A stretch of 57,483 nucleotides of DNA from an uncultured Faecalimonas sp. (GCA_964604665.1 CAZRZV010000003.1:1-57483), one strand, 5' to 3'. Positions 8,681 through 19,017 are shown, counted from the stretch's first letter. Numbers and translations are program-made. The notes: generated by a model from the letters alone, not told the origin.

Positions 8681-10843
8681 CTATTTAAAATCTTCTTCTC
8701 TCAAAAGGATACGGTCGGAATCGTCCGCATTCTTTCCTGCAATTTTCTTGATAAACTTCTTAAAGTTGAGTTTCTGAGCGCTTTCAATCGCTTCATCAAC
8801 AATCTCTTTCACATCCGCAACAGTTACCACTCGTTCTTCTCTTTGAAGAATATCAATTCGGCTGTACAAAGCTAAAATACCCATCTCATCTATCTTATAG
8901 CCGTTTTCTTTTGCATAAGTCTGTCCGAATGTTACCAGTTCATCACTGATAAATACAGGCAGTTCCAAACGGGAAGTAAATTTCTTTTCAAACTGTGGAA
9001 ATGCGGCAAGTAATTTTTCCATTGGTTTTCTTTCATCTTCCAAAACTACCAGCATTTCACCTGTCTGGCCTTCCATAATTTCACATAAAGTTTCAACGGT
9101 CTGGCGATTTAATCTGGACGCTTTTTCAATAATAATTGCTCCGCCCGTCAATTTGGAAAGAATTCCTCTTACATCTTTCCGATTCAGAGATTCCGCCGCC
9201 ACAATGCCGACTTTACCTTGTTTTACTCTTCTGGCTTTTTGGATTGCCTTGACAACGTCTACTGCCAATACCGTTTTCCCTGAACCTTTGCGACCGATAA
9301 TTACTAAATTTCCAATTCTGGAAGTTCCATATCTTGATTTGCAATGCTTATCATTTTGTAATACTTCGACAAGCTGCTCGCTCATACCATGGACAGGAAC
9401 AAAGTAAGAGAATAACTTCTTCTGTTCTTCCGTCAAGCCCTCTTTCATTGCACTTTGTGCTTCCAAATCATAGCGTCCTTGTACGATAAAGCCTGTGTCC
9501 TGAGTATTTCCGGCATAACTGTCTTCCACCGGTTCTTCTTCTGCGATATCCATTTCCACATTGTTCTTCAATGCCTTTGCTACAGCTGCCATGGAATTGG
9601 TGTTTCCCAATTTAATTCCGCTTGATTCCTGCACTACCGGTTCAGCTGTTTCCATAACATGCGAAACTACCTTTCCCAGTTCCTCAACGTCTTCTACGTC
9701 ACTTTTCGGCAATTGGACTGTCGGAATCGGTGCAACCGGGACTTCCGGAACCGATGGCGTTACGGGAGCAACAGGTACAACCGGTGTCTTTGGCGTAATC
9801 GTAGCCAGTTGTTCTGCCACTTTTTGAATCAACGGCTTATTCTCTTCTTCCGGTTCATCTTCCTGCTTAATCTTTTGAGCCTCAATATCTGCCGACTCTG
9901 TCTCCAAATCTTCCATCAATTGTCTGATATCATCCGGAAGAATATCCTCTTCTTCTATCGGCTCATTCTCTGCCTGTGCTTCTTCTTTTGCCTTTTCCTG
10001 TTCCTCTTTTTCCGCTACTTCACGAATCATCTCGGCATTTTCTTTTTGCTTTTCTTCCCAGTCCTGAAGCATCTCTTCAATGCTAAGTGCCGGTGTTTCT
10101 TTCTTTTCTTCCATGGTTTCCTCCCCATCTGTAGTCTCATCTGATACTACTTCTTCGACCACTTCTTCTACTACAGGTTCCTCAGCAACGACCTCTTCTG
10201 CCACAGGCTCTTCCACTGCTTTTGTAAATTGCTGATTATACTTTTCCTGCTGCAACGGCGTCAAGGTTTTATATTGCATCTTTAATTCCATTGCTTTATA
10301 TACATATTTTCCTTCATTGAACCACAAAATCAAATCATCGCACTCATCAGTACACTCCGCAGTCATGCCTGCGGCTTCATACAATTTTGCAAGCTCATAT
10401 GCCCATTTTTCAACATATTCTACTTTCTTAAACTCTTCAAGCGCTTCAATCTGTTCTGACAAAGGTGCTTTCTGTGCTTTCAGAATCTTATATTGAAGGA
10501 TGTACTTATTAGGGTCTTTTGGTGCCAATGCAACAAACTCGTCGTAGCAATCCATCGCTTCCTTCACTTCACCGAGTTTTAATGCCAAAATACCCATACG
10601 GTAAATAATCTTCCTGCTCTCCGGAGAACGGTCGTATGCCAAAAACAAAATATCTCTTCCTTTTTGATACTCTCCATTGGCCTCATATATTTCACTTACA
10701 GCGCAAAGCATCGCTACATTCTTTACTTTCCGCCAATCAATTGAATCTGCTATATCCATCGCTTCTTTGTACGCTTTCTCATTCGCACACTCAAGCATTT
10801 TCTCTGTTCTTACCCGATATTCTTGTTTATCCAAAGTTCTCAC
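8681..10843 (-). CDS. TPR / acidic linker / SpoVK-CbbX-like AAA-domain protein
   Basis: N-terminal TPR-like helical repeats, long Glu/Pro-rich linker, Walker A GRKGSGKT, degenerate Walker B IIIEKA. Confidence 0.7.
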   Translation of the reverse strand: MRTLDKQEYRVRTEKMLECANEKAYKEAMDIADSIDWRKVKNVAMLCAVSEIYEANGEYQKGRDILFLAYDRSPESRKIIYRMGILALKLGEVKEAMDCYDEFVALAPKDPNKYILQYKILKAQKAPLSEQIEALEEFKKVEYVEKWAYELAKLYEAAGMTAECTDECDDLILWFNEGKYVYKAMELKMQYKTLTPLQQEKYNQQFTKAVEEPVAEEVVAEEPVVEEVVEEVVSDETTDGEETMEEKKETPALSIEEMLQDWEEKQKENAEMIREVAEKEEQEKAKEEAQAENEPIEEEDILPDDIRQLMEDLETESADIEAQKIKQEDEPEEENKPLIQKVAEQLATITPKTPVVPVAPVTPSVPEVPVAPIPTVQLPKSDVEDVEELGKVVSHVMETAEPVVQESSGIKLGNTNSMAAVAKALKNNVEMDIAEEEPVEDSYAGNTQDTGFIVQGRYDLEAQSAMKEGLTEEQKKLFSYFVPVHGMSEQLVEVLQNDKHCKSRYGTSRIGNLVIIGRKGSGKTVLAVDVVKAIQKARRVKQGKVGIVAAESLNRKDVRGILSKLTGGAIIIEKASRLNRQTVETLCEIMEGQTGEMLVVLEDERKPMEKLLAAFPQFEKKFTSRLELPVFISDELVTFGQTYAKENGYKIDEMGILALYSRIDILQREERVVTVADVKEIVDEAIESAQKLNFKKFIKKIAGKNADDSDRILLREEDFK

Positions 10844-10875
10844 CTAACCCTTATCCGAATATTACTTACTTTCCC

Positions 10876-10904
10876 ATTTTAACACACGAGACTATCAATG
10901 TCAA
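10876..10904 (-). promoter_or_regulatory. SigA promoter of the TPR-AAA gene
   Basis: TTGACA, 17-nt spacer, TAAAAT with upstream TG. Confidence 0.7.
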
Positions 10905-10950
10905 AAAAATGTAACAACTATGTAATAAGTTTTTTCGGTAAAAAATTCCA

Positions 10951-10990
10951 CAAAATAGGTAGTCACTATACGTTCATAATGACTACCTAT
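10951..10990 (-). terminator. Intrinsic terminator closing the ORF-less intergenic unit
   Basis: 15-bp stem AUAGGUAGUCAUUAU/AUAGUGACUACCUAU with one G-U on the minus strand, followed by UUUG. Confidence 0.7.
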
Positions 10991-11587
10991 CTATAAATCT
11001 TCGTTATTCATTTTTAACCTTTTCTCTTTCTATTTGGAGGATACTTTTGAATTAAAACCTGTAATGCCTCTTTCTTCCTTTTCTTATATTTATTAAAGTT
11101 ATCCGATTGTCCTTCTGCTTCCTTGATGTTTCTTTACACATCTTAAATTATAACTTTAATATTGGTGGTATTTATTTTCAATATGTCGGGCAAATATATC
11201 ATTTTTCCTTTGGATCCAGATTCTTTATACTCTCCAAATTGTTTTCCCTTTTACATGTGTCTGGATTATAATCTATGGTAAAGGCTTTCTTCACAGGTCT
11301 CTTCATTTGCCATACCACTAACATATTGTGATGTTGATTCGGAATTGTCCATTGGAATTTAGCCTCTCTTTCTTTTTTATTCTTAGGGAAATTCTTTTTC
11401 TTTCAGACTGTTTCGTACTTTCAAATCTTCCTTTTCCATTTCGGATGCTCCAATTTTCTATTTCCTTTCTCGTCAGAAATATTTGATTGAAATCTTTCTT
11501 ACTTGAAATCAGAAAACTCTTTTTCGGAATGTCTTATTGAAAATTCCTCTTTCCTTAAGTTGTGTGTTTGTGTTTTGTTTTTTTGTA
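10955..11587 (-). ncRNA. Candidate ~630-nt purine-rich ncRNA or small-ORF transcript
   Basis: Own promoter and terminator, no ORF of 60 aa or more, repeated AAGGAA/GAAAGAGG motifs. Confidence 0.5.
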
Positions 11588-11592
11588 ATGTC

Positions 11593-11621
11593 ATGATAAC
11601 ATTCTATTTTTGATTTGTCAA
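11593..11621 (-). promoter_or_regulatory. SigA promoter pointing into the intergenic region
   Basis: TTGACA (11621-11616), 17-nt spacer, TATCAT (11598-11593) with extended TG; AT-rich UP-like tract upstream. Confidence 0.75.
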
Positions 11622-11712
11622 TACCATTTTTAAATATTTTTAAAATTATTTTTCTTTTTAATCATTAGTATTTGAATTTTCTGACAATTCGTTGCTGTAA
11701 TCTCATAAAATC

Positions 11713-11744
11713 AAAAAGCCGGACACCTTATGTGCCCGGCTTTG
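11713..11744 (-). terminator. Terminator after the hydratase gene
   Basis: AAAGCCGG...CCGGCTTT inverted repeat with a U tract on the minus strand. Confidence 0.75.
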
Positions 11745-11747
11745 CAA

Positions 11748-14042
11748 TTAGCCTTTATAATAATTAATCAGACATCCCTTTAAGATAATCTCTCTTTCGT
11801 TATCCGTCAGGTCGCCAAGTTTTAATGTGATTTCTTTCAAGCCGTCACCAACTACAAATGCTTGAATCCCATCCCATTTTTCTTCCACAGCCTTTTTCAC
11901 ATCCGGAACAAAAATGTAATCTCCGTTCTTGAAGCTGAGTGCCTCATGAGTCTCCTCTGTAATAAACGGAAGCATACCCCAGTTAATCAGGTTGGAACGA
12001 TATCTCTTTGTCGCATATTCGTTTGCAATGTTTGCCCATCCGCCTAATACTTTCTGGCAGGATGCTGCCTGCTCACGGGCAGAACCGTCACCCGGTTTTA
12101 CTGCAAAGATAGTGCTTCCCACACCGATATTGCCTTTTCCGACTTCCGGATAAGTTTTTTGAATCGTTGCCATAACAGGTTTTAACTCTTCTAATACATC
12201 CAGCGGACAAGTTCCTGCTTCGATTGCCTTCTGTGCTTTTTGTACTTCTTTTGCGCGTCCCACATATGCAGGGTCTTTTCTGGAAAGTGCAAACTCTGCA
12301 AGTCCGAGTGGATTTGAACGGTAAGAAGAAGTCTCTCCCGAAGGAATCAATTCATCTGTCGTTGTAACAGGGTCATGAATCTCAGAAACCACTTTCAAAA
12401 TCAAGTTTTCAGGAAGCGCTGACATTGCAGGCCAGTCCTTGATGTTCGGACCAAACTGGATTTCCACACTCGGATCAGCCACACCCTTACTGTCAAATAC
12501 GCGGTTTGCGTAAATGCTTTGGTCGAAATGATATTTTGGCGCTTTGTATTCGATATCCATCACATCAGCCGCTGATGTTAAGAAGCCTTTGTTCGCCGCC
12601 GTTGCCGCAATAGAACGGGCATCCATAAGAGCCACAGAAGAAATCTGTCCGCTCTGCAATTTTGAGCCTTCACGATTCGGGAAGTTTCTCGTTGAGTGGC
12701 GAATACTAAATGCATTGTTTGCAGGTGTGTCGCCCGCACCAAAGCACGGTCCGCAGAATGCCGTCTTTACAATCGTTCCTGCTGCCATAAGGTCTGCCAC
12801 CGCACCATTTCTGACTAATTCCATATAAACCGGCGTACTTGCAGGATATACGCTGAATGTAAATGCATCCGAACCGATATTCTTTCCTTTAATAATCTCA
12901 GCTGCCGCACAAATGTTTTCAAATCCACCGCCGGCACAGCCTGCGATGATACCTTGTTCTACATATAATTTTCCGTCGCGAATCTTATCCTGAAGCGAGT
13001 AATCCACTGCTCCGTCAAGACTTACCAGAGCGCGCTTTTCCACATCGTGAAGAATGTCTTTTATATTTGCATTGACTTCATCAATTGTATATGTATTGCT
13101 TGGGTGGAATGGCATGGCAATCATAGGTTTAATCTTGCTAAGGTCCACATAAACCACACCGTCATAATATGCAACTGCACCCGGGTTCAGCTCTTTGTAA
13201 TCTTCGCTTCTGCCGTGAATATCATAGAAATCCTTGATAGTATCGTCTGTCTTCCAAATAGAAGAAAGGCAGGTTGTCTCTGTTGTCATAACGTCGATTC
13301 CGATACGGAAGTCTGCGCTGAGTTTTGCAACACCCGGTCCCACGAATTCCATTACTTTATTATTTACATAACCATTTCCGAAAGTTGCTCCGATAATGGC
13401 AAGTGCAACGTCCTGCGGTCCGACGCCAAGCATTGGTTCACCGTCCAAGTAGATAGCAACTACGCCCGGCATCTTAATATCGTATGTCTTATTCAACAAC
13501 TGTTTTACAAGCTCCGGTCCGCCTTCACCCATTGCCATGGTACCAAGCGCGCCGTAACGTGTGTGGCTGTCTGAACCGAGAATCATCTTTCCGCCGCCTG
13601 CGAGCATTTCTCTTGCATACTGGTGAATAACTGCCTGATGAGGCGGTACATAAACACCCCCGTATTTCTTTGCGCAGGTAAGTCCAAACATGTGGTCATC
13701 TTCGTTGATAGTTCCACCTACTGCGCACAAACTGTTATGGCAGTTTGTAAGGACATAAGGAATCGGAAATCTTTCCAGCCCCGAAGCCCTCGCTGTCTGG
13801 ATAATTCCCACGAAAGTAATATCGTGAGATGTCAATTTGTCAAATTTAATTTTCAAACGTTCCATATCGGAAGATGTATTGTGTGCTTTTAAAATCCCAT
13901 ATGCAATCGTTTCTTTTGCCGCTTCGTCTTTTGTCACTGTCTTTCCCGTCTTTGCGGCAATGATTGCCTGAGCGTCATTTGTATCTTCCACAAGTTCCAT
14001 ACCGTTTAGCAGGTATGCTCCCCGATCGTAAAGTTTAATCAT
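11748..14042 (-). CDS. Aconitase-family hydratase, YbhJ type
   Basis: [58 protein letters not shown]. Confidence 0.9.
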   Translation of the reverse strand: MIKLYDRGAYLLNGMELVEDTNDAQAIIAAKTGKTVTKDEAAKETIAYGILKAHNTSSDMERLKIKFDKLTSHDITFVGIIQTARASGLERFPIPYVLTNCHNSLCAVGGTINEDDHMFGLTCAKKYGGVYVPPHQAVIHQYAREMLAGGGKMILGSDSHTRYGALGTMAMGEGGPELVKQLLNKTYDIKMPGVVAIYLDGEPMLGVGPQDVALAIIGATFGNGYVNNKVMEFVGPGVAKLSADFRIGIDVMTTETTCLSSIWKTDDTIKDFYDIHGRSEDYKELNPGAVAYYDGVVYVDLSKIKPMIAMPFHPSNTYTIDEVNANIKDILHDVEKRALVSLDGAVDYSLQDKIRDGKLYVEQGIIAGCAGGGFENICAAAEIIKGKNIGSDAFTFSVYPASTPVYMELVRNGAVADLMAAGTIVKTAFCGPCFGAGDTPANNAFSIRHSTRNFPNREGSKLQSGQISSVALMDARSIAATAANKGFLTSAADVMDIEYKAPKYHFDQSIYANRVFDSKGVADPSVEIQFGPNIKDWPAMSALPENLILKVVSEIHDPVTTTDELIPSGETSSYRSNPLGLAEFALSRKDPAYVGRAKEVQKAQKAIEAGTCPLDVLEELKPVMATIQKTYPEVGKGNIGVGSTIFAVKPGDGSAREQAASCQKVLGGWANIANEYATKRYRSNLINWGMLPFITEETHEALSFKNGDYIFVPDVKKAVEEKWDGIQAFVVGDGLKEITLKLGDLTDNEREIILKGCLINYYKG

Positions 14043-14068
14043 GTCTTGTTTCCTCCATTCTATAAGTA

Positions 14069-15157
14069 TTATAAATCACGTTGTGCTTTCATATGTTTGG
14101 TAACCATCATCGCAATCTTAAATGTGAGCGCATCATCAAACACACGCACATCAAGCCCCGTAATCTTTTGAATCTTTTCCAAACGATATACCAGCGTATT
14201 TCGATGCAGGTACATCTTTCTTGCTGTCTCCGAAATATTTAACCCATTTTCAAAAAACAGATTAACCGTATGCAAAGTTTCCTTATCGAGCTGTGCATAT
14301 GCTTTTTCCGTAAACACTTCCTTTAAAAACATCTCGCAAAGAGATGACGGCAATTGATGAATCAAACGCCCGATACCCAATTCGTTGTACGCAAATATTT
14401 CCCTTTCTGTATAGAAAACTTTACCCACGTCAAGCGCCATCGTTGCTTCTTTATATGATTTTGACACATCCTTGATATGCTCCGCAATCATGCCGTATGC
14501 CACACGGACATTAATCATAATCTCTGTATTTAGCACATTCACAATTGTTTTTGCAGTATAACTTAAATCTTTGTAATCTTCTGTTTTTTCAAGATTTTTT
14601 ATATAAATAATGTGGTTTTCATCCACAGAGGTGACATAGTCCTTCGTTCCGGTCGCGTATAGTCCTCTGATTGTCTCAAGAGCAAGATTCTCTTTCGCTT
14701 CTTTCGGTTCTATCACGAACACAACTCTTCTTGCCTCTGTATCCACATTCATCTTTTTCGCCTGATTAATAATATCTACCAATAGTAAATTATCCAAAAG
14801 CAGATTTTGATAAAACTGATTTTTGTCAGTACGCATCTTGGTCGCCTGTATCAGATTTTCAAACTGACACACGCAAAGCTGTCCGCTCACTGACACATTT
14901 TCCATATTCTCATGGAAAGCCAGTACATATATCGGATTTCCGTCGTCTCGAATCCAGAAAAAAGCACCTTTTTTTGTGATTTTTTCATCCTTGTCCGCCT
15001 GTATAAATTTATCAATGTTCGCCTGTAACCTGTCCTCTTCCTGACTTGTGCTGACGATACATTTCCCTTCTTTACTCCAGACAGAGCAATCCACTTTTAC
15101 AATTTTATGAATATCTGTAATAATCCGATTCAAAGTTTGATTCGATAACAACGTCAT
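14069..15157 (-). CDS. CdaR/PucR family transcriptional regulator
   Basis: C-terminal [26 protein letters not shown]; GGDEF-like central region. Confidence 0.88.
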   Translation of the reverse strand: MTLLSNQTLNRIITDIHKIVKVDCSVWSKEGKCIVSTSQEEDRLQANIDKFIQADKDEKITKKGAFFWIRDDGNPIYVLAFHENMENVSVSGQLCVCQFENLIQATKMRTDKNQFYQNLLLDNLLLVDIINQAKKMNVDTEARRVVFVIEPKEAKENLALETIRGLYATGTKDYVTSVDENHIIYIKNLEKTEDYKDLSYTAKTIVNVLNTEIMINVRVAYGMIAEHIKDVSKSYKEATMALDVGKVFYTEREIFAYNELGIGRLIHQLPSSLCEMFLKEVFTEKAYAQLDKETLHTVNLFFENGLNISETARKMYLHRNTLVYRLEKIQKITGLDVRVFDDALTFKIAMMVTKHMKAQRDL

Positions 15158-15217
15158 CACTTCCTTTTCTAACGTGAAAGCCAAAGCCGCTTCGCAAACG
15201 GCTCTGGCTTTTTCTCA

Positions 15218-16567
15218 TTATAATCTCTTTAATAATTCTTCTCTCTCTTTTTCATAACCCGGTTTTCCAAGTAACGCAAACATGTTTTTCTTGTAACTTT
15301 CTACACCCGGTTGATTGAATGGATTTACTCCTAAAATATATCCGCTTACACCACATGCAAATTCAAAGAAATAGAAAAGTTGTCCAAGATAATATTCGTT
15401 CTGTTCAGGAATACGAACCATTAAGTTTGGCACGTTTCCGTCTGTATGTGCAAGAATGGTTCCGTTCATGGCACTCTTATTGACGAAATCAACTGTCTTT
15501 CCTGCAAGGTAGTTCAGTCCGTCCAAATCAACAGGCTCCTCATTCATAACGATTTCTTCTGTAGATGTCTCCACATTAAGAACTGTCTCGTAAATATTTC
15601 TTGTACCATCCTGAATGAATTGTCCCATGGAATGAAGGTCTGTTGTCAAGTCAACAGATGCCGGGAAAATACCTTTCTGGTCTTTTCCTTCGCTCTCGCC
15701 GTATAATTGTTTCCACCATTCAGAAACAAAGTGGAGTGATGGTTCATAATTAGCCAGGATTTCGATTGCTTTGCCTTTGCGATGTAAAATATTACGCACT
15801 GCCGCATATTTCAGCGCATCGTTGTCTTCAAACGCATTGTTAAGTGCCATCTCTCTGCCTGATGCTGCACCTTCCATCAATTTATCAATGTCCGCACCGC
15901 TTACTGCGATTGGAAGAAGACCAACTGCTGTAAGGACAGAAAAACGTCCGCCAACATCATCCGGTACTACGAATGATTCATATCCTTCTTCTGTTGCGAG
16001 GTTCTTAAGCGCTCCTCTTGCCTTATCTGTGGTAGCATAAATTCTCTTAGATGCTTCTGCTTTTCCGTACTTCTTTTCCAACATTTCCTTGAATACGCGG
16101 AATGCAATCGCAGGTTCTGTAGTTGTTCCTGATTTTGAAATCATGTTAATAGAGAAATCGCGGTCTCCGATAACGTCGATTAAGTGTTTGATATATGTAG
16201 TGCTAATGCTGTTACCCACAAAGTAAATCTCAGGAGTTTTTCTAACTTCCTTAGAAACAACATTGTAGAAGCTGTGTCTCAAAAATTCGATAGCCGCTCT
16301 TGCTCCGAGGTAAGAACCGCCGATACCGATTACTAACAATACTTCCGAATCGTTTTTAATCTTTTCTGCTGCCGCTTTAATGCGTGCAAATTCTTCTTTA
16401 TCATAGTTTACAGGCAAATCAATCCAACCAAGGAAATCATTTCCTGCGCCTTCTCTGCTTACGAGTAAATTTTTTGCATCTGTAGCAATTTTGCTCATAA
16501 GTTGCACTTCGTTTTCAGTCATAAAACTGTTTGCTTTTGAATAGTCAAATGTAACTTTAGTTCCCAT
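15218..16567 (-). CDS. pgi: Glucose-6-phosphate isomerase
   Basis: [37 protein letters not shown]. Confidence 0.96.
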   Translation of the reverse strand: MGTKVTFDYSKANSFMTENEVQLMSKIATDAKNLLVSREGAGNDFLGWIDLPVNYDKEEFARIKAAAEKIKNDSEVLLVIGIGGSYLGARAAIEFLRHSFYNVVSKEVRKTPEIYFVGNSISTTYIKHLIDVIGDRDFSINMISKSGTTTEPAIAFRVFKEMLEKKYGKAEASKRIYATTDKARGALKNLATEEGYESFVVPDDVGGRFSVLTAVGLLPIAVSGADIDKLMEGAASGREMALNNAFEDNDALKYAAVRNILHRKGKAIEILANYEPSLHFVSEWWKQLYGESEGKDQKGIFPASVDLTTDLHSMGQFIQDGTRNIYETVLNVETSTEEIVMNEEPVDLDGLNYLAGKTVDFVNKSAMNGTILAHTDGNVPNLMVRIPEQNEYYLGQLFYFFEFACGVSGYILGVNPFNQPGVESYKKNMFALLGKPGYEKEREELLKRL

Positions 16568-16633
16568 TTTTATCCTTCCCTTCGTAATAGAGTCTCATAA
16601 TCGTTATTATTTTATCAAAAATAGTGACTTTTA

Positions 16634-17398
16634 TCAAGCCAAAAACTCTTGAAGAATGGCACGAATTCGCATTTCCTGCTCATCTCTTTCCAGTTTTACC
16701 TGTTCTTCCTTTACATTTTGCAGTTTTTCTTCCAATCCCTGCTCCTCTTTTTGCTCCAGTTCGGCATTTAACTTTTCTTTAATCTCCGGTTCCTCTTCCA
16801 GAAGTTTGCCCTTTTGTGGTTCCTCTGCTGCGCCCTCAGCCACTTTTCCTGTTTCCTCTGCTATTTTTACCGCATGATTTGCCTTTCCATATCGGTGCAC
16901 ACACACATTTTCCAAATATTCCACCATATAATTTTTTACGGCGTCCAGTTTCATTTTTCCGTCGCTCATAGTATGTATACTCATCAAAGCCACTGCATAT
17001 ATTGCTGCAAAAGCGCCATATTGGAAAGTCTGTTCCGTCATTCCCTGCACCCGGTAGCTTAAAAGTGCCCCTGCTACACCCACAATAACAATCACACCGA
17101 CTATCTTAAGCGGGAAATTGCGCCAACTGCCAAGGCGTATACCAAGTACTTTATATTCGTAGAGGTATTTCTGCACAAATGCCTCTACATTTTGCACTCT
17201 GTCACTTACCATACTTGCATGTTCAAACTTTGCTTTTACTAATTTCATCAATCTCTGGTTGCTCTTTTGTATATTACCTGCGGATTTTGCCAGTTTGCTT
17301 ATCGTAATATAAGAAAACGCTGTCCCTGCAACTCCTATGGTCATTATCGCTGCCATCACATAAAAAATAATTCCATGGTTTATCACTGCTTCTAACAT
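16634..17398 (-). CDS. Hypothetical membrane protein with acidic C-terminal coiled coil
   Basis: Three hydrophobic segments; Glu-rich tail ending ILQEFLA; RBS AAGGAGG. Confidence 0.7.
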   Translation of the reverse strand: MLEAVINHGIIFYVMAAIMTIGVAGTAFSYITISKLAKSAGNIQKSNQRLMKLVKAKFEHASMVSDRVQNVEAFVQKYLYEYKVLGIRLGSWRNFPLKIVGVIVIVGVAGALLSYRVQGMTEQTFQYGAFAAIYAVALMSIHTMSDGKMKLDAVKNYMVEYLENVCVHRYGKANHAVKIAEETGKVAEGAAEEPQKGKLLEEEPEIKEKLNAELEQKEEQGLEEKLQNVKEEQVKLERDEQEMRIRAILQEFLA

Positions 17399-17530
17399 AA
17401 AAAATCCTCCTTTTTGATTTACTGCAATTATACAGTAAAAAAATCAGGAGGGTTTGAAAAATCGTACTACATCTTTCGCACAAAACGGTGCGTTTCAAAG
17501 GTGTATTTTGTCGATATTCTTTTTTCACTT

Positions 17531-18226
17531 TTAAATTCGCGGTAATAAATTTTGGACAAGTCTTACCGAATGCTGGATTGCCTTCTTTTCAAATGCAGGA
17601 TAATCCATTGTCGCACTATTGTCGGCTTTATCCGAAATTGCTCGAATAATGACGCACGAAACATTGTTAAGATATGCCGCATGTGCAATCGCTGCGCCTT
17701 CCATCTCTGTACATCTTCCTTGGAAAGTCGAAATCAACCGCTCCTTTACTTCACCGGAAGATACAAACTGGTCGCCACTCACAATACGTCCCGTAAATGT
17801 CTTGATATCCGGATTCGCCTCTGCATTCGCATCCACCGCCTTTTGAACAAGCACCGGGTCTGCGGCAAATGAAAAGACTTCCATTCTCGGAATCTGTCCA
17901 ACCGGATACCCAAACCCCGTAGCGTCCATGTCGTGTTCTACCAAGTCTGTAGAAATCATCATATCTCCGATGTCAATTGCGGCGTCCAAAGAACCTGCAA
18001 TCCCCGTATTAATCAAGACTTCCACATGGAATCTGTCTACTAAGATTTGCGCACAAATGCCGGCATTCACCTTGCCGATACCGCTTCTTACAACCACAAC
18101 ATCTCTCCCGCACAATTTCCCCTTACAGAAACTCATAGATGCATATTCCTCGGTTGCGTCCACTTCCATCGCTTCCTTTAATTGTGTGACCTCTTCTTCC
18201 ATTGCGCCGATAATTCCGATTGTCAT
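17531..18226 (-). CDS. mtnN: 5'-methylthioadenosine/S-adenosylhomocysteine nucleosidase
   Basis: IIGAMEEE, SGIGKVNA, NTGIAG, SGDQF, EMEGAA, RAISD. Confidence 0.94.
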   Translation of the reverse strand: MTIGIIGAMEEEVTQLKEAMEVDATEEYASMSFCKGKLCGRDVVVVRSGIGKVNAGICAQILVDRFHVEVLINTGIAGSLDAAIDIGDMMISTDLVEHDMDATGFGYPVGQIPRMEVFSFAADPVLVQKAVDANAEANPDIKTFTGRIVSGDQFVSSGEVKERLISTFQGRCTEMEGAAIAHAAYLNNVSCVIIRAISDKADNSATMDYPAFEKKAIQHSVRLVQNLLPRI

Positions 18227-18343
18227 AATTTTCGTCCTCTCTTGTTTGAATATCCTCTGTCATAATATCAAAAATCCGCCTTTTTTTCAATATGATAATC
18301 TGTTATACTGATTTTGAATATAATAACTTCGGAGGGAAATCAT

Positions 18344-18586
18344 ATGGAATATAGAACAAGAGGTGTTTGCTCAAGGGCAATCCGATTTGACATTGTAGAT
18401 AATAAGGTAACCGGCGTTCAGTTTATCGGTGGATGTTCCGGTAACGCACAAGGCGTTGCAAGACTCATCGAGGGGATGGATGTAAATGAAGCCATCTCCC
18501 GCTTAGAAGGAATTCACTGCGGTCCGCGTCCGACATCCTGTCCGGACCAGTTGGCACTTGCTTTAAAAGCCGCAATAGCAAAATAA
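18344..18586 (+). CDS. TSCPD-domain protein, TIGR03905-like
   Basis: GVCS...GGCSGN...GIHCG...TSCPDQL; ATG 18344 after GGAGG. Confidence 0.88.
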   Translation: MEYRTRGVCSRAIRFDIVDNKVTGVQFIGGCSGNAQGVARLIEGMDVNEAISRLEGIHCGPRPTSCPDQLALALKAAIAK

Positions 18587-18597
18587 TTTCCTAATGA

Positions 18598-18745
18598 AAT
18601 AAAGAAATGCGAATTACTCTAATCACTACAGGGTTAGGTTTTAGGTTATCTTTGAAGGCGATTTCTCCTTATTATTTTATTTTTTTAATATGGAAAACCG
18701 CACGTCCCTGTAGCGATTAAAATAATCCGCATTTCGCGCCCTTAC
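18598..18745 (-). ncRNA. Candidate ~145-nt hairpin sRNA with its own ECF-type promoter
   Basis: 30-bp arms at 18604-18633 and 18706-18735; all four non-Watson-Crick positions are G-U on the minus strand; U-rich 3' end. Confidence 0.55.
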
Positions 18746-18752
18746 TTAATGT

Positions 18753-18780
18753 AAACACGGCAGGTTGAAATTTCTGACGC
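18753..18780 (-). promoter_or_regulatory. Putative ECF promoter, copy 2
   Basis: GCGTCAGA-N14-GTGTTT, with the same boxes and spacing as the copy at 19524-19551. Confidence 0.65.
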
Positions 18781-18814
18781 AGTTTTTGAAAATTTTTTGA
18801 TTTTTTAGCAAAAT

Positions 18815-18845
18815 AAAAAAGGAATGATTGGGGACATTCCTTTTT
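18815..18845 (-). terminator. Intrinsic terminator with C-rich loop
   Basis: AAAAAGGAATG-loop(UCCCCAAU)-CATTCCTTTTTT. Confidence 0.8.
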
Positions 18846-18848
18846 CTA

Positions 18849-18995
18849 TGCATACAGGGTAGCTGTTGTTACCGTAGGATTTGAATTTGAATTTATACTC
18901 TTCCGAGTCATTCTCAATGTAAGGGTCATTCATCTCTTAAATTCCGTATGTTTGGGGAACGAAATTATGGTGCGTCAACAACCGCCCTATAAACA
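18849..18995 (-). ncRNA. Long 3'-UTR hairpin, candidate processed sRNA
   Basis: 20-nt arms at 18849-18868 and 18976-18995 give 14 Watson-Crick and 4 G-U pairs on the minus strand; inner GAAUUUA/UAAAUUC pairing. Confidence 0.45.
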
Positions 18996-19017
18996 CCTGA
19001 ATCAATTGTAGCAAAAC

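Noticed and set aside
18604-18735. Retron msr-msd or MITE interpretation of the 30-bp inverted repeat
   Set aside because: No reverse transcriptase or transposase in the window, no evident target-site duplication, and the mismatches are strand-specific G-U pairs
18805-18933. 42-aa minus-strand ORF (MNDPYIEND...) in the second hairpin
   Set aside because: Weak RBS, and it reads through the terminator; RNA structure explains the region better
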